Part shown: piece after piece, positions 23,714 to 39,109 of the stretch | Layout of the letters: each line of letters starts with the position of its first letter | How positions within the stretch are numbered: the stretch's first letter is position 1 | Assembly (NCBI GenBank): GCA_025786725.1 | Contig: JAHLTZ010000065.1 | Span: 1 to 64,000 of the forward strand | Reading direction: 5' to 3' | Length of the DNA stretch: 64,000 nucleotides | DNA from: Syncephalis fuscata S228 | Lineage: Eukaryota; Fungi; Zoopagomycota | Notes under the pieces: generated by a model | The model's input: only the letters and a program-made list of their open reading frames with translations | Database searches by the model: none | Told to the model about the DNA's origin: nothing | Made by a program: the position numbers and the translations under genes

Positions 23714-24380
23714 TAGAAACATTAAAGCCATTTAATATTAAAAGTCGTTGTTATAAAACATACTGCCAATAAATTACTAAGTGTAATAGGAAATACAATC
23801 AAAGTCAATGTTTCTTAAATACAAGTTTAGTCATAGAAAGTGTCATTATTTTAATAATAAAATGCAATTATATTCTAGAAGATGGAATAATAGACCAATA
23901 TTTTATATGAATAAATAAATGGTGCGATGTTAATGCCAGCAGAAACATGCACAGTATATTTAGTACAATAGCCAGTGGTGAACCAAGGCTTTCTGATTTT
24001 TTACCACCTATTATTATAAGAAATTAAACTGACGCTGTTGCATCAACATCATAATCAAATGCAACACTTTATTGCAGATAGCATGAACTACTATTTAATA
24101 TTTATTAACACATATCGGACATTGAAAATAGTGCTGATTAATTAACACTGATTAATGCAATTGAAGTTGATATGGCACTGCTTTATACATAGCACTTCTT
24201 AGTAATAAAAACTGATCGACGGTTTATTATTTGAATTACGGATCTTTTGTCCCCAGTTTGAGGATGGGGACGCAAAGTAAAATGGATTCGATAAATCAAT
24301 TAAAACTAATGAGGTATATTGCGTAGACATCATGTGTTTAAATGTAGAATATTGTTCATTTTTCCCTTTATTTGACGAGT

Positions 24381-25926
24381 ATGCCGTCATCAGTGCCTAG
24401 TAACAATCCACACGACGCCTCTGCAAGCAGTAGCACTGGCACAGTGGCTAATGTTCAGCTTCCTCGCTTCAACATTGCCTTTCCGGTGGCTGCTCAACCT
24501 GACATAAGCAAGTAATCATGGCTCATTAATGAATCAGAGCAGCAATTAACCAACTAACCTTCACGTCTATTTAGTTCGAGCTAATCAGAAAGATCTCTAC
24601 TACCGTACTCAGTTACAAGAAGGCATAGACTATGCATTTCGTGAAGCACTTGGTAACTAAAACGATATTTAAGAAATAGCGTGTTATCTAATCTATCGAA
24701 TCTATCGTTGAATCTACAAACTAGGCACGCGTCAGTTTTTACGATATCAATCAGAAATCCGCACCTTCTCAGACTTTTTGTATTACATACTAACCACACT
24801 GACTGGTAAGGGTATCGACAATAGTATTTCTGTATATATTGAATACCTATTCCAACTAGGCTCACAAACATTGGGCGAGGAATACTGCGACTTGCTACAA
24901 GTAGACGGAAAGCGACATGTTTATCCAGACTATAAGGTAAGCATGTTAACGAGTCAGTCTTTTACATTATGATAACTTTATTGTTTGAATAGAAACGTTT
25001 GCTCTCTATTCTTCTACAGCTTGGCTTTCCCTATGCCGTTACGAAAGGAATCGATCAATTTCGCCAGCGAGTATCGGCAGCCGAGAGACGTATAGTTAGT
25101 GGCCAAAGCAATGGTTAGTTATGATTTGTTATATGGCACATGAGCATTGTCTAACTTATAAATTAAACTAAATTAAACTAAAGCGAGCCCACAAGATGAG
25201 AAATGGGCCCAGTTAGGTAGATTATGGCTGGATCAAGTAAATTGGCTTTGGAAGGTTGTGTTTCATCCTATGCATTTAGCACTCTTCTATTTTGCAGGCG
25301 CTTATTATCATTTCTCAAAGCGACTAACCGGCATTCGATATGTGAGTATAGATAATACAAGTGCTTTAGTAATAACTAACAAATGGCTTTAGATATTTAC
25401 ACGACAGCTAGCACCTAATGAAGAACCAATGGGATACGAATTTATTGGTGTGCTTATGGTAATACAGCTGATTGTACGTGGTGCCATGTCTGTGCATCAA
25501 CGTCTTACAGCCACGACAACAGATGAGTCTAAGGAGAACAGTGTTGAAGGTGTTATTTCTGCAACGTAAGTTATAATAGATAGAGATTGAAGTAGCGTTA
25601 TAACTATCAATGCTATTAATGCTATTTAGAGAAACGGCCGAACAATTCAATGAGGATAACAATAATGAGTCGATTGCTATCGGCAGTGAAGAGATTAAAG
25701 AGCAAGCCAACTGTGCACTATGTCTTGCTCCTCGACAAGAAACAACTGCAACACCTTGTGGTCATATGTTCTGCTGGCTATGTATCTGTCAATGGTGTCA
25801 AACTAAAGTACGTGTAAATGACGAGTATATTAATTGATTGCATTAACAATGATACAATAGCCTGAATGTCCACTGTGCCGTCAACCAGCACCTTTATCGC
25901 ATTTATTTGTGATCCATAATACTTAA
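24381..25926 (+). CDS. PEX10: Peroxisomal RING E3 ligase Pex10
   Basis: PVAAQPDI|IRANQKD, YYILTTLTG|SQTLGEEYCDL, HLALFYFAGAYYHFSKRLTGIRY, C-terminal RING CALCL...TPCGHMFCWLCICQWCQTK|PECPLCRQ. Confidence 0.95.
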
Positions 25927-26051
25927 TCATTTGTTAACACGTATATCAAACAGTTTATAATAAACCATTTTTGTTTATATTTAGGTTTCTTTACAATATT
26001 TCGATGCATGTCGACAGTGAAAACCATTAAAACAAGCAAGCAAATAAACAA

Positions 26052-26819
<768 letters not shown>

Positions 26820-28106
26820 AGAGAATAAGTATGTGTGTGTGTTTAAACAAAAAAGTTAATGGCGTTTCAATAAAGTGGTTGAGTATAGAGAAGTAAATAA
26901 ATATTGGTATTTTGACATTAATAATGGCAATACTTATTGATCATTTACACTATGTCATCATGAACTAAAATGATCACACTATATCCAAGTAATATGGTGC
27001 TTTTTTTAACAATAGTCAACCAAGTTTGTGTACACATATACATTTAATTATATTGCTTATTATTGTACTATAAACGGTCATTTTAGTATAAAAGATTACA
27101 ATATACGAATAATATTTATTGATAAACGTATAGTAATTACTAATATTGTTTTGAGTTGTGTTTATTAATTTGGAAATCATTTTTATGTTTATCAGTATTT
27201 TCTTTGGCTTGTAACTACTAAATAGTTTAGACAATTAATATAAATAGCGACTAAAGACCTGCAAGTACTAATTTAATGCTATTTAAAAGGGTGTTTCTAT
27301 CCATAACATGCTTCAGTAGAATGTACTTTTGGCTATGCTAATCCACGGGTGGGTTATTACGTTTTAGATTAAGCATCACAATGAAACCACTACCTTATGT
27401 AGCAATAGTTCATTGTAAACATGATAGGCGTGCATGTTTCACTTGCTAAATTGAGCAAGCTTATTTTTTTAAATTGGCATTTATTCAATATAGAAATACA
27501 GACAACTACTATCTCGTTTGTAGTGCAGAACCAATATTCCATATAGCTCCGATAAAACCATGTTGATTCAAAACTCATGACAATTACAAAAGAAAACGCC
27601 AAATTAGTATAGACATGACCGGTAAAACATTTAACCAAACCGGAAGTTAAACTCAACTGCCTTATTAGATTGATTTTAATACTAATACAAATAAGTAATG
27701 CTATGATCAATACAACGATTTCTATATTTTATGCTTAACATGATGCATGTGCTTTTATAAATGCTGATATTAATCACAGTCTCAGCTATTGATAACTACG
27801 TGTAAGCTGTTCTTTTAATTAGCAGCGCAGCATGGCATTTGCACATGCTGTTATACTCCGTTATTTACTCCGATTAGCTTTTTTGTTTGTAGCACACTTT
27901 TTTGAATTCAGACATCCTGTTCTGTGTTTCCATGCAGTGCCAAAATACATTATGGGCTATTGTGATGGGTAGTGGATTCAAGTATTGAGCAACACTAACG
28001 CTTTAATGATCAAAAGTTTAATTCTTTATTACATCCAAAACGCATAACACTGGAATGGCGCCTCGGTGAATGAAATAACATGGGTCTTTTCCTATTAACA
28101 AATATA

Positions 28107-28487
28107 TTAGTTATACAATACAGTGCAATCAAACTGTTTACTAACCGTGTATATTTTGTGATAGAAATCGGTGGCTGCTTTCATATCAGCAATGCAGCGA
28201 TAGCCTACTTTTTTGCCATTCATGGTGCCAACATTGACACAACCATCACCAGCAATTGCCCAATTATCAAGTACAGTGGTTTTCCACGAATCGTTTAAAG
28301 TTAAACCCTTTGGGTGTTTCTTGGTTAATGTAGCAACACATTGTCCTCCTGTATTTCTTCTATATAGGTGTGGTAGAGTGCCAACAGATGATTCCTTGGA
28401 GCTGATCACGGCCGAGTCGGCTCCATTGTTCCCAGCAATGGCCAGAGCAGCGGTGAAAGCAAGGCAGGCAGTGGTGAAAGTACGCAT
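28107..28487 (-). CDS. Small secreted Cys-containing protein (126 aa), effector-like
   Basis: Intronless ORF with hydrophobic signal MRTFTTACLAFTAALAIAG, pro-region ending LYRR, and a mature part with 4 Cys. TATA-like TATATAAA lies upstream. Confidence 0.75.
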   Translation of the reverse strand: MRTFTTACLAFTAALAIAGNNGADSAVISSKESSVGTLPHLYRRNTGGQCVATLTKKHPKGLTLNDSWKTTVLDNWAIAGDGCVNVGTMNGKKVGYRCIADMKAATDFYHKIYTVSKQFDCTVLYN

Positions 28488-30302
28488 GGTGACCGTCTAG
28501 TGGAAGTGCGTTCAGTGTAGTCGTTAAGCTTGAAAAGAACAAGTTTATAATTGAGAATTGAAGTGAGGATGCAGATATTGGGCCAAACGACACTTCAATG
28601 CCTCTTTATATACTATTATTGCTCGAATGGGTTGGTGCTGTAAAATGATGCTGCTTTGTTTTTCCAGTCAATTTAGAAGCGGAGCTAGTAATGTACTGCA
28701 CGTGGTAGATAGATCGCTGAAAATGCTCAGATTGATAGCGAGTGTTTTGAAATAGCCAGCATATTGTAAATCATTTAATCTTATCACAGTTCTGGTATTG
28801 CTTTCAAACCGGTCAAGGTGAGACGTAGTCATATACCACGTGTTTATTTAACAAATGCAAAATAAAAAATGCCACAAACGAATGATAAGAAATCACGATA
28901 GCCAATTGTGTATTTTTTAGTATTACTTGGCTTATTTGCTCTGATAATTGGTGATACAACAACGCATTGCTATAGAAAGAGACATCACATATAATGTGTG
29001 GTTGAAAGCATAGACTATTTACCAACTTGAGCTTGAAACATTTGAAATTGGCTACTGGAGGGTAAATAGTAATACAAAAGTTGATTTACCATCTCCTTGA
29101 TGCCATTGTAATGGCAAAATAAGAGTGGCAATGGCGAAACGACACGTTGCGAAAGTTGTGGTCCCAAATTATTCACGTTAACTTGAAATAATACCGATAT
29201 ATCGGCGTACATGTGCTTGATAGCAAACGTTTTGCTGCTTTGGTAGGAGGGTAAAGCGCTTTCTGTTTTAAAACCACGACTGTAAACGGGATAGCGAAGG
29301 TGAACACTGAGTTTGCAGTCTTATTTCGGTGGTCATGGCCATTTAGTTGGATGATTTTTGGTTATTGTTTCAAATGGCAAAATGCATCAATACTTTTACC
29401 GGATTGGAAATGCTGAAAAGGAAACCTGTGCATGTAAATAACGCAACGGCCAATTGTTGTTTAGCCTCATAAACGAGGTCTGAAGGGGAGGGGGAATAAT
29501 TACTGAAACCAAGTCATCTAGAATCACACAAACCTTTAGTAATAACTTGTATTGAAAACCCAAAATGCTGAAACACAAACACAATATGCCGAATAACAGA
29601 TGCAAAACTTTTACACTGGTAAACCAAATTGCGTTTTATTACTATTAACTAATACGTTTTAAACCACATTTCTTATCTATTGCGTGCTCTGTTCACACTT
29701 TTACGTTAATCATATGCATAAACACAACGTGATTGTTTATTGGCTCCACTATGCTCATATGACCATAATAAATATCATCCTTGTGCCAATATGTATATTT
29801 CACGTGCTCATCTTTGTTGCTGCATGCAACTTCAATATGCTGATAGTACATTATACTGAAAACGTATAGATATTTAATTAATAAATTAATACAATCTATT
29901 AGTCATTATAGTAATGAAAAATATATAACATTCGATCAAATGTGATGTTAAAGTAATATATGAATATAATCAGTTGTGGTTTTTTAATTTCATTTAGCTG
30001 ATACACATGGGGGCACAAAACCAGTTACTGCCTGACTTACTCGTAGGTTAGTGGCAGATACCACATGAATAACAGGCTTTGGGAGTCGTCTTGTGACAAT
30101 ACTACAACTGAGTAAGGCCTTATCATGAGCGGTTGAGCTATACCTCAGTTATAAGGTAGCCAAAAGTTGATGCATCACACAGTATTCTTTTGCACGCCTC
30201 GCCTTTAATCGATCACATATATCGTTTTATTTGGCATACAATTATTTGCCGTATATTATGACCCAGCATCAGCATATCCATTATAGCATAAATCTTTATA
30301 GT

Positions 30303-32269
30303 ATGAATCTCGTTATTCGATTGTGGTTTGGTCTATGGTTTGTTAGCGCCGTTTGTGCTTCAGTTACATTCGAAGTAAACAATCAAACATTTACTTATCC
30401 AACTTATGATCCGTATGGTGTTCAATTGGACCCATACACCGCTACTGGCATTCTGGTGATGCCATCATTTCAACCAAATACTCAGTGTACTTTGCAACTG
30501 AATGAAACGCAGCTGGCTGCTATCAAACCAAATAGTTCATCCACACCGCCATCGTCTACGATCATAGTCATCGATGATAAAGAGGCATATGCTCATAACT
30601 GTTTAACTGTGGCCAATGTAAGTCAAAAATAGCTGTTTAAAGCATCTTGCTTATATCATAAAGACATGTCGAGTGGCTGCTCAGTATGGTCGACAGCTGG
30701 AAAAACTTGGATGGCCGTCTGTTAGTACAGCATTATACTTGCTTAGTAGAATTAAAAAAGGCGATGCCGGTGGACCTTACTCGGTGGAATACTCAAGTCA
30801 GTCATCAAGCATTCCAGACGGTAGACCTGAACTGGCCATGGCCATGGTACCATACAAATACTATGATGAAGTCAGCAGTTTGCTAAAACGAGTAAACGGC
30901 CCACTCTACGCAACAATAAAAGAAGGTAATAGTATAAATGTGTTGATTGTATTAATTCTGACACTAAATAAACAGAGACTGGCCCATGGAATGAAATGCT
31001 ATTTTCAAATGGATATCAAGCGTTTTTATGGATTGTTTTTACTATCCATACAATATTTATTTTGTGGTCATTGGCCACCATTACTTTGCTGCGGCTTACA
31101 AATAATCTATGGGCTGAATGGCGTACGTATGTGTTTATAACCGGCATCATAGCATTAACATGTAAGTACACCATAAACGTATGCAATAACAAAGCTAACA
31201 TCAGGTGTACAGTATTTACAATAACAATACCGATGGATAGTACAACATTTGCGTACAAGCAAATCCGTGGTGTTAGCGCGCTTTTGTTTAATACAGCATT
31301 TTACTTATTGTCGCTTATATGGTAAGTTTTAGAATGCACTATAATGCACAGTATATTCACTGTAGCTTTATACACATTTAGGTGCTCAATATATGTTGCT
31401 GTTACAATAAACCGCAGCGTTCTCGTCATTCGAATCATTGTTTATATTTCGCTTATTATACAGACACCATTACAAATTATAAAATCGCTGTCCTATTTCT
31501 TACCACTTCATTTTACGGCAAACTTCTGGCCTATATCCAATTATATTGGCATGTCATTGCGAATTATAGCATCATTGCTGTTTTTCTATTATGGTAAGTC
31601 ATACTAATTTAATAAGCACAAATTGTCTAACAATAGTCAAGGTTTTCATTTTATTGGAGAATAAACGAATATTCCGACAATGCGACTACACGCAAAGCAT
31701 TTACTCAAGTAAGTATGCATATATAAATGAACGAATTAGCGATTAACAATATAAATTGCTTATAGTTGAGTCGTACGGCATTTGCATGCTCGTTTGGATT
31801 TCTGGTCAATGCAAGCACCAATACAATGCCTCTTTTTTACGATGCCAGATATACAATTCCAGGAGTTGTAGCCTATGTAGTTATTGGCGTTATCAATAAT
31901 ATGGTTGGAGCAATTGTATTGCAATCAGAACTTGGCTTACGCATGCCATTAAAGATTACAAACGCCAATCAATGCAGTCACTTTTTAGATGTATTTGCGC
32001 TGTATCGTTTATGGAGGGAATCCGGTAAAGAAAACGTAGACGGTATGAGCACTCAATCGCTTAAGCATGCAAATGATAACATGGGTTCAGCGTCATTAAG
32101 CTCAACTTATCCAGCACAAATGTCCAACTCATCTAAAACTGCTGTTCAAAACAAAGAAGAAGATAGGTTTGCAGTTGCTAGTAGTTTTCTTCAAAGCGGT
32201 GGCTATGGAAATATACATCCACATTTATTATCAAGTGAAATGGAAACGATAATTGATGAAGAAGAATGA
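30303..32269 (+). CDS. Signal peptide + PA-like ectodomain + multi-pass (about 7 TM) receptor-like protein, paralogue A
   Basis: Motifs YPTYDPYGV..DPYTATGILV, GGPY, GPWN, followed by hydrophobic segments in successive GT-AG exons and a cytosolic tail. Confidence 0.7.
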
Positions 32270-32601
32270 TTTGAATTATGATTAAATTAATTACTTTATT
32301 TAATTAATGTAATAAACAATTTAATAAAAATATAATGTTTAATATTAGTATTACGATTCAATATTATTCTTTAGCTTCTTTTTTACACATCATAATAGCT
32401 ATAACATATAAAGTAAAAGCATATTAATTACATAACTAAATAGTTTTTTGTCCTTTGAATTCAATAAATTTTATTACTATATTTGATTTGATATAATAAC
32501 ACTGTACAAATTTAGTTTCATAATTAACAGCCAAGGCGGCAGTCCTATATCTCACTTCTTTACTATCCACCCTTTTGCTTATCAGCAGTTTATTTAGTAC
32601 A

Positions 32602-35323
32602 ATGACACTGTGTGCCAACAAAGACTTTATTGTGCATCAACTTCGTATCAATTATCTGCGACATGTAGAAGATAGAACTGCTGATCGCGTGTTCAGCTTT
32701 GTCCCAGAGGAGGAATTACTGCGGAATCCGTTTATTCGGGCCTGCGACGATCCATTTGCTGAGATGGCAGTCTGTTACTCGCCCGACTTGGCCAGTGTGC
32801 TCCAGCAGCGCATGAGCACGGATTTTATGGGTCCTAATGGCCGAAGACGCTCGTCAGTACGTCGTAATCTAAGAAGCGGCTCTGTTAATCGCAATAGCAC
32901 TAGCGGACAGCGTATCAGAAATCCAACACTGGCACGACGCAATGACCGGTCCCAAACAAAAGAGCAGGAAATTGACCAGGACGAAATGGATATTGAAAAG
33001 CCCGTCAATCGGTTAGTACTAAGCAGTTGATGGATAAATTCCAAACTAAACTTAATGCTACTGTGGAATACTACTACAGCAAACCTTTATTTACGAAACG
33101 GCGAATACAACATGGTTCTATTACAACAGACGGTCAAGCTACAGATACGTCATCGCTTTCAATGGATGCAAGTGGTGGACAAGATAGGCGTAACAATGAC
33201 CCTCGAATCATAAGCCGAACAAGACCGCCTACACTTCGTCAACCAGGCTTACCGGCAGTGCCCGAAACACAGGCGCTAACTACAAATAGAGCTGATCCAG
33301 TTGTCAATTACGACATTCTTATGGATAGCAATACTGTGTCTAACACAATAAATAGCGAGCAGACTGATCTGGCCCAATCGCCATGGTCACTATCTGCTAG
33401 CAGTACACCAACAGCACAAGTTAGCAATGTTAAATCAGCGCTTACTGCCATGATCAATTTACGGCGCAGTGTTGTCAACAATCCATTGGCCGCCGAATAT
33501 GCATCAGTGGTACGTATATTAAATATAATAATATTTAGTTTATTAATTAATGTGCATATATATACTAGGGTGGTACCGGTATTGATGTTATACCACTTAA
33601 GATCTGGTTGCCGCACTCTGACGAACCAAATAAGCCAATGTCGATTTGTGTCAAGAAAGATGCCAGTGTCGAGGATGTTGTTGGTTATGTGCTCTATCAG
33701 TACGTTGATCAAAAACGCCAGCCAAGTCTTGAAGGAAAATTAAGCATTATTTTTTGGAATATGCGTATTGTTGAAGATGATGGTGAAATTGATGAGGATC
33801 TTCCCGGTATGTAACTATAACCAATTGCATAATATAATATAATACATTATTTTAATTAATGTTCATTTAGCATTGGAACGAGGACGTCAAATTCAAAAGT
33901 TCGATTTTGGCGAATTTGCATTGTGTCAAGCGACAGCAGAACAAGGTAAATAATAATATATGATGTAGCACAAAGCATCTACTTACTAATATATTGGCGA
34001 TAGTCAAGACAAATGAGCAAGCACTGCGTCTACATAAGCCAAGCAAGGCTGAACTCATTGTACCGATGATTAATACAAACGCTGTGCCATCATTCAATAC
34101 TTATGGACAAGCAGGATCGAGTACGGGTACAGGTGCCAAGGCCGATACACTCAATGCACGTTGGGTAGCCATACAGGTGCTGGTAATAAAAATACACTGA
34201 CTGTGGATACCACAAACACCGCAGCAGGACACGCATTACAAACCAAAGCATCCAATGTCAGTCTAAGACCACCGGGGACACCATCAGATGCAGGACCACA
34301 GCGTGATCTTATGATCCATTTGCATAACACGTTGATTGGTTATCATACTACTTCGATATCTGTTCAATTGAATGTGCCATTTGCCGATGTTTTGGTCGAT
34401 ATTTGTCGGCGATGGAAACTTGAACCGCGTGAATATGCGCTTAAATTTCTTGATACAAAGACAGATGTACCCAGCGAAACAACACTTGAACAGCTACCGG
34501 ATCTAACCGAACTGGCCTTAATGAAGAAAGGCAGTCGAGCCAGTGGTAAGTAATCTTACACTTTGCAGTTTATATTTTATTAAATGGCTAATTAATATGT
34601 GTATTGACTAGGTGAATTTGCCTTTTCTACACCAAGTGATCACCATCGCATATCTCGAGCCAAGCCAAAGATTAATATAACAAATGGACTACCATTTATG
34701 TATCAGGTATGGCTGGCCGTCAAATTGATTTATGCACTAGTTATAACACGAATGATTGAATAGCGATTTACGGTAACACGCCGTATGCCGATGTTAGTTG
34801 GCCGTCACGAACGAATCCTGGCAATTGATGGTGAATATATTCACATTATGCCACCGGAGAATCGTAATATGTTTGATAAAATGAAAACTACCGTAAGCTA
34901 CTAAGGCAGAGCAAGACAAATGGTAAACTAATTAGTATATCCATAGTCATCATATCATATTAGCTCTGTACTTTCGTGCAAACAGCACGGCAAAATATCG
35001 ACCAAGTTCAAGCTAGTTGTTTATCGAGATCGAGATGTCAAAACATACGATTTCGATGGTGCCACCGAGGAAGATGCTGGTAAGTGGAATAATCGATAAT
35101 ATACAATAAATTGTGAATACCAATAATTAATATAATTAATATAGTGGAGATTTGTGCACGCATTAATTTCTTAATGCGACTTCATCGTGGTGAATCGCCA
35201 TCAGCTGCGGCTATTAATCCGGCTGTGGGCGGTAAAGGTGCACCGGCCAATGTTGTTCATGCCAATTCTGGCTTTATGCTGGTACAGCGAGAAGATGCTT
35301 CGTATGACTTTCAATGGTTTTAA
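32602..35323 (+). CDS. AVO1: TORC2 subunit Avo1/Sin1
   Basis: N-terminal FIVHQLRINYLRHVED, CRIM region (ASVEDVVGYVLYQY, WNMRIVEDDGEIDEDLP), RBD-like segment, PH domain (FTVTRRMPMLVGRHERILAIDGEYIHIMP, KTYDFDG). Confidence 0.9.
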
Positions 35324-35514
35324 TTGCTTCGTCTATGTGCGCAATGCTTTGATTATTGCTGTTTTGATTATAAATTGTATTTTTTTACGATAAACAGGTT
35401 TACAATGACATCTATCTATTGATGACAAACTGCATTAACTAATTATATAGAAAGACGTAGCGTTTATTTATTTAACGTAAACTATCATATAATCAATAAA
35501 CGCTATTGTAGTAG

Positions 35515-36848
35515 TTAAGCGCGTGCTTTCTGTGATTGAGTACGAAGCTTATTGAGATATGCTCGTGGTGTTGGTCGGTCCGCGGCATCAGCACGAAGTT
35601 CCATCATCATTGGAGTCATAAAACGCAGTGGCATTTCACTGGTATATTTCCTCCATAAATCAGAAATGCCAGCCTTGATTCGAGGACGGTAATCGCATTT
35701 ATCAGAATCTGGATCTGGTTTAGTAAAACGTCTTTCGGGCAAGTTGGATCCAATAACATCAAATAAGGCTTCGCTAATAAGCCATGTATCATACTTGAGC
35801 TGATTCACTGGCTCATTATTTCTACCTTCTAGCGGAGGATACATCGGTTGATAGCAAATATGGGCTAGTTTGACTTCTTCCTTTTCCATGTTAGTATAAA
35901 CGATAGGCGCTGAGCTGCGATAGTTTCTAATTTTAATCGCTGGCTGTTTAGTCATACCACCTTCAACGCAAATATCTAGCATAATTGTTATTAGTAATTT
36001 TAGAAAAAGAGAAGTGATTATTGTTATTATGACTACTTACTGTTGGCCGAGAGACCGCCATGGAATAGTTTGACGCGATGTAGATAAGCCATACCGCTAA
36101 AGATTTGAGGGATGACAGCTTTTAAAAAGAATCGTTTTTGAACGGCAAACATCTTCTCGGTGTATTCGCGCATGTTATATTTACACTTTCTAGGCAAAAC
36201 ATAGCACTGATGCGCTTCATACTCGAATATATGTGAAGCAGTTTCGACAAATTCCCGACCGGCAGACTGTTCGGATATAAGAGTGGTTTTGGCCGCATCA
36301 AGTGCCTAAATAAATCCATGTTTATGTTAAATGGTTGTTTGATTATGCTTTTCTTGTAAACACCTACCATAAAAGCGCTATATTCTTTTTGATTACGCTT
36401 GTCCAATGGAGTACATTCGACCCGAGCTGGTACCTTATTGTATGTTGCAAGAGCATGGCGTACACCTTTCTCAACACCTTCATCCTTAAGAATAACGAGA
36501 CCGGCTTGGTTCATAGCGTTGGGCTTGCCATACGGCGTAGGATATAATGGGCGAGGTGTTCCTTCACTAAAATAAAGTGCTTAGATAATAGTTACGCTGT
36601 GTTACATTGTTTGCTTACTTGATATCCGTTACTAGGCTCTCTTGACTGGGCCGCACTATGATGTGTGTATACATATGAATTAGTAAATTGTATTGATAAC
36701 TATTAAAAGGTGCTAGCTAGCTAGCCAGTTAATTACATCTAAGAATTGAGGTGGGTCTCATTTCGGTGGCTGCTACCAAGACAATGCCAAAGAGAGCAAC
36801 CAAAATACCAACCATGGTAGCATGACTGAATCGATTTCCGCGTATCAT
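35515..36848 (-). CDS. Secreted protein-kinase-like pseudokinase
   Basis: N-terminal hydrophobic MVGILVALFGIVLVAA. Kinase-fold landmarks QIFSGMAYLHRVKLFHGGLSAN, IKIRNY, YPPLE, DTW, DRPT. Catalytic residues are substituted. Confidence 0.7.
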
Positions 36849-37548
36849 AATGACGACGTTAAAGAAATGAAAAGCTGTGTATCAAGGGTAGAAGATAGTG
36901 ATAGGCATATTGTATATCTATTACAAATATGCATCTAATATTGGCTGCCATTAAATAGTTGGTCGTGCCATCAAAAAAGAACCAGTAACGTGTTGGTAAA
37001 TCTAAAAAGTTGATATTAGCCATGCTTCAATTGCCTATTACAATACTTTTGTGATTTCCATTTATAAATCCTTTGAGCTTATTTATTACATAGTTACAAA
37101 AATGCCCTCAGTGTAATGTTTGATAGCATGGACAGGTTCTAGTGGCATATTTATTTTACTGTTATCCCAAATTAAACAAGACAATCAATAGATATTATAT
37201 TGAATTAAAACATGTATAATATAGCCGCATTTCTTTAAACAGTCATTAAAAATCAATGAATCAGTTGTATTTTTGCTAGTAATAAATTACTAAATATTGG
37301 CTCTTATTACCATAACAAATGCTATCAATCATTGAACGCGCTCTCACGCTTAAATTAATAAAGTATTTTTTTTACTAAATATAAGCAGCAATGGTTTATA
37401 GAATAGATAACTGGAAAACGCGAAAACGTGTATTGCCAATACAAAATATCAATAGCGGCAGCATGCCAGCAATAGTAAAACAAGCACTATTCAGGACATC
37501 AAATAAACTATTTGAAACACAGACGACACTTGCTCTGCTACTATCACT

Positions 37549-38890
37549 ATGTCTGCCAACGCGCCCCTGCCCCTACCTAGACAGAAGCGACACACCCTTC
37601 AAGGACATCGTGGCCCGGTCAATGTAGCACGTTATACAGTTGACGGCGCGTACTGTTTAACGGGTGGACAAGATAAAGACGTTCGTTTATGGAATCCAGC
37701 TACTGGTAAATCCATTCAAAAGTACAGTGCACACGGCTGGGAGGTCTTTGACGTTTGCAGGTAAGTCGCTATTTGTGTCCACTGAATAGAAATCGTATTT
37801 CTATGCAATGCATTAACCAGTATACTGCTTTGTTTGCTACGTTAGTTCATTCGACAACAGTCGGTTTGCGTCATGCGGTGGCGACCGTACAGTATTTCTA
37901 TGGGATGTTGCCACAGGCCAGGTAACGCGTCGATGCTCGGGTCATTTACAGGTAGGTATTTTTGGCACTACTATATTAGTTATTTGTTTTGAACTAACTC
38001 ATGTTTATTAATAGCGTGTTAATTGTGTGGGATTCAACGCAGATGCAAGTGTTTTATTTAGTGGTAAGTAATATATAGCTGCTTTGTATATTAAATATAG
38101 CTAAGTGTTTGAATTTATGGCAGGCTCATACGATGCTACAGTACGTGCTTGGGATCTTCGGTAAGCAGCATAAGTATCTATCCTACTATAGCATGGCTAA
38201 TTGTTGAATGGTGCAACAGTGCTGCCTCTCGTATACCAATTCAAGTACTGAAAGATGCCAAGGATAGCGTTGCTTCTTTGGTTGTCTCGAGCCATGAGAT
38301 ACTGACTGGTTCAATTGATGGTAAAGTTAGATCATACGATCTACGTATGGGCCAGCTAAGCACGGACGAAATTGGTCGTAAGCTACTTGCAGATCTTGAA
38401 TAGCATTTATTGATATAACACTATCCACTAGATCCCGTAACTTCTGTTAATTTCACCAGTGATGGCAACTGCATACTAGTGAGCACCTTGGATGCTCGAA
38501 TACGTCTACTGATAAAGAAAACGGCAGTCTTTTAAACGAGTAAGCTTTAGATTGTATAATATGCTAGAAGACCAATGCTAAGTAACTGTGTAGCTTTACA
38601 GGCCATCAACATAAAGAATATCGACTAAGGAGCTGTCTTACTCCTATGGACACCCATGTTGTAAGTGGGTCAGAGGATGGCTCTATTGTATACTGGGATT
38701 TACTCGAGGTAGGATATCATTCACATGACAAATCTTTTAGTTGAATAGTGATATTTATTTGCATAAATAGGGCAACGAAGTGAGAAGACTGCAAGGACAC
38801 CAGCGCGTTGTCTCGTTTGTAGATGCTCATCCAAAGGAAGTGGGCCTTGTTTCTGCATCTTTTGATGGTGATGTCATTGTTTGGGAATAA
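37549..38890 (+). CDS. WDR83: WD40 protein WDR83/MORG1
   Basis: LQGHRGPVNVARYTVDGAYCLTGGQDKDVRLWNP, DNSRFASCGGDRTVFLWDV, SGSYDATVRAWD, GSIDGKVRSYDLRMG, VVSGSEDG. Confidence 0.9.
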
Positions 38891-39109
38891 ATATAATTGT
38901 ACACTAAATATGATCTGTACGCATCTGTGGTGTCAATGATTTGATAATATGTAAATATGAAAATAACATTAAAAATTAGCAATGTATGAATTGCAGTTTA
39001 TATATTGTAATAAATGTGCTTAGTAAACAATTTATTTAAATAGTTATGCGATATTAATAAAACAAAAGCAATGAACATTTATATGCAGTTCAAACATACA
39101 ATTGCTATT

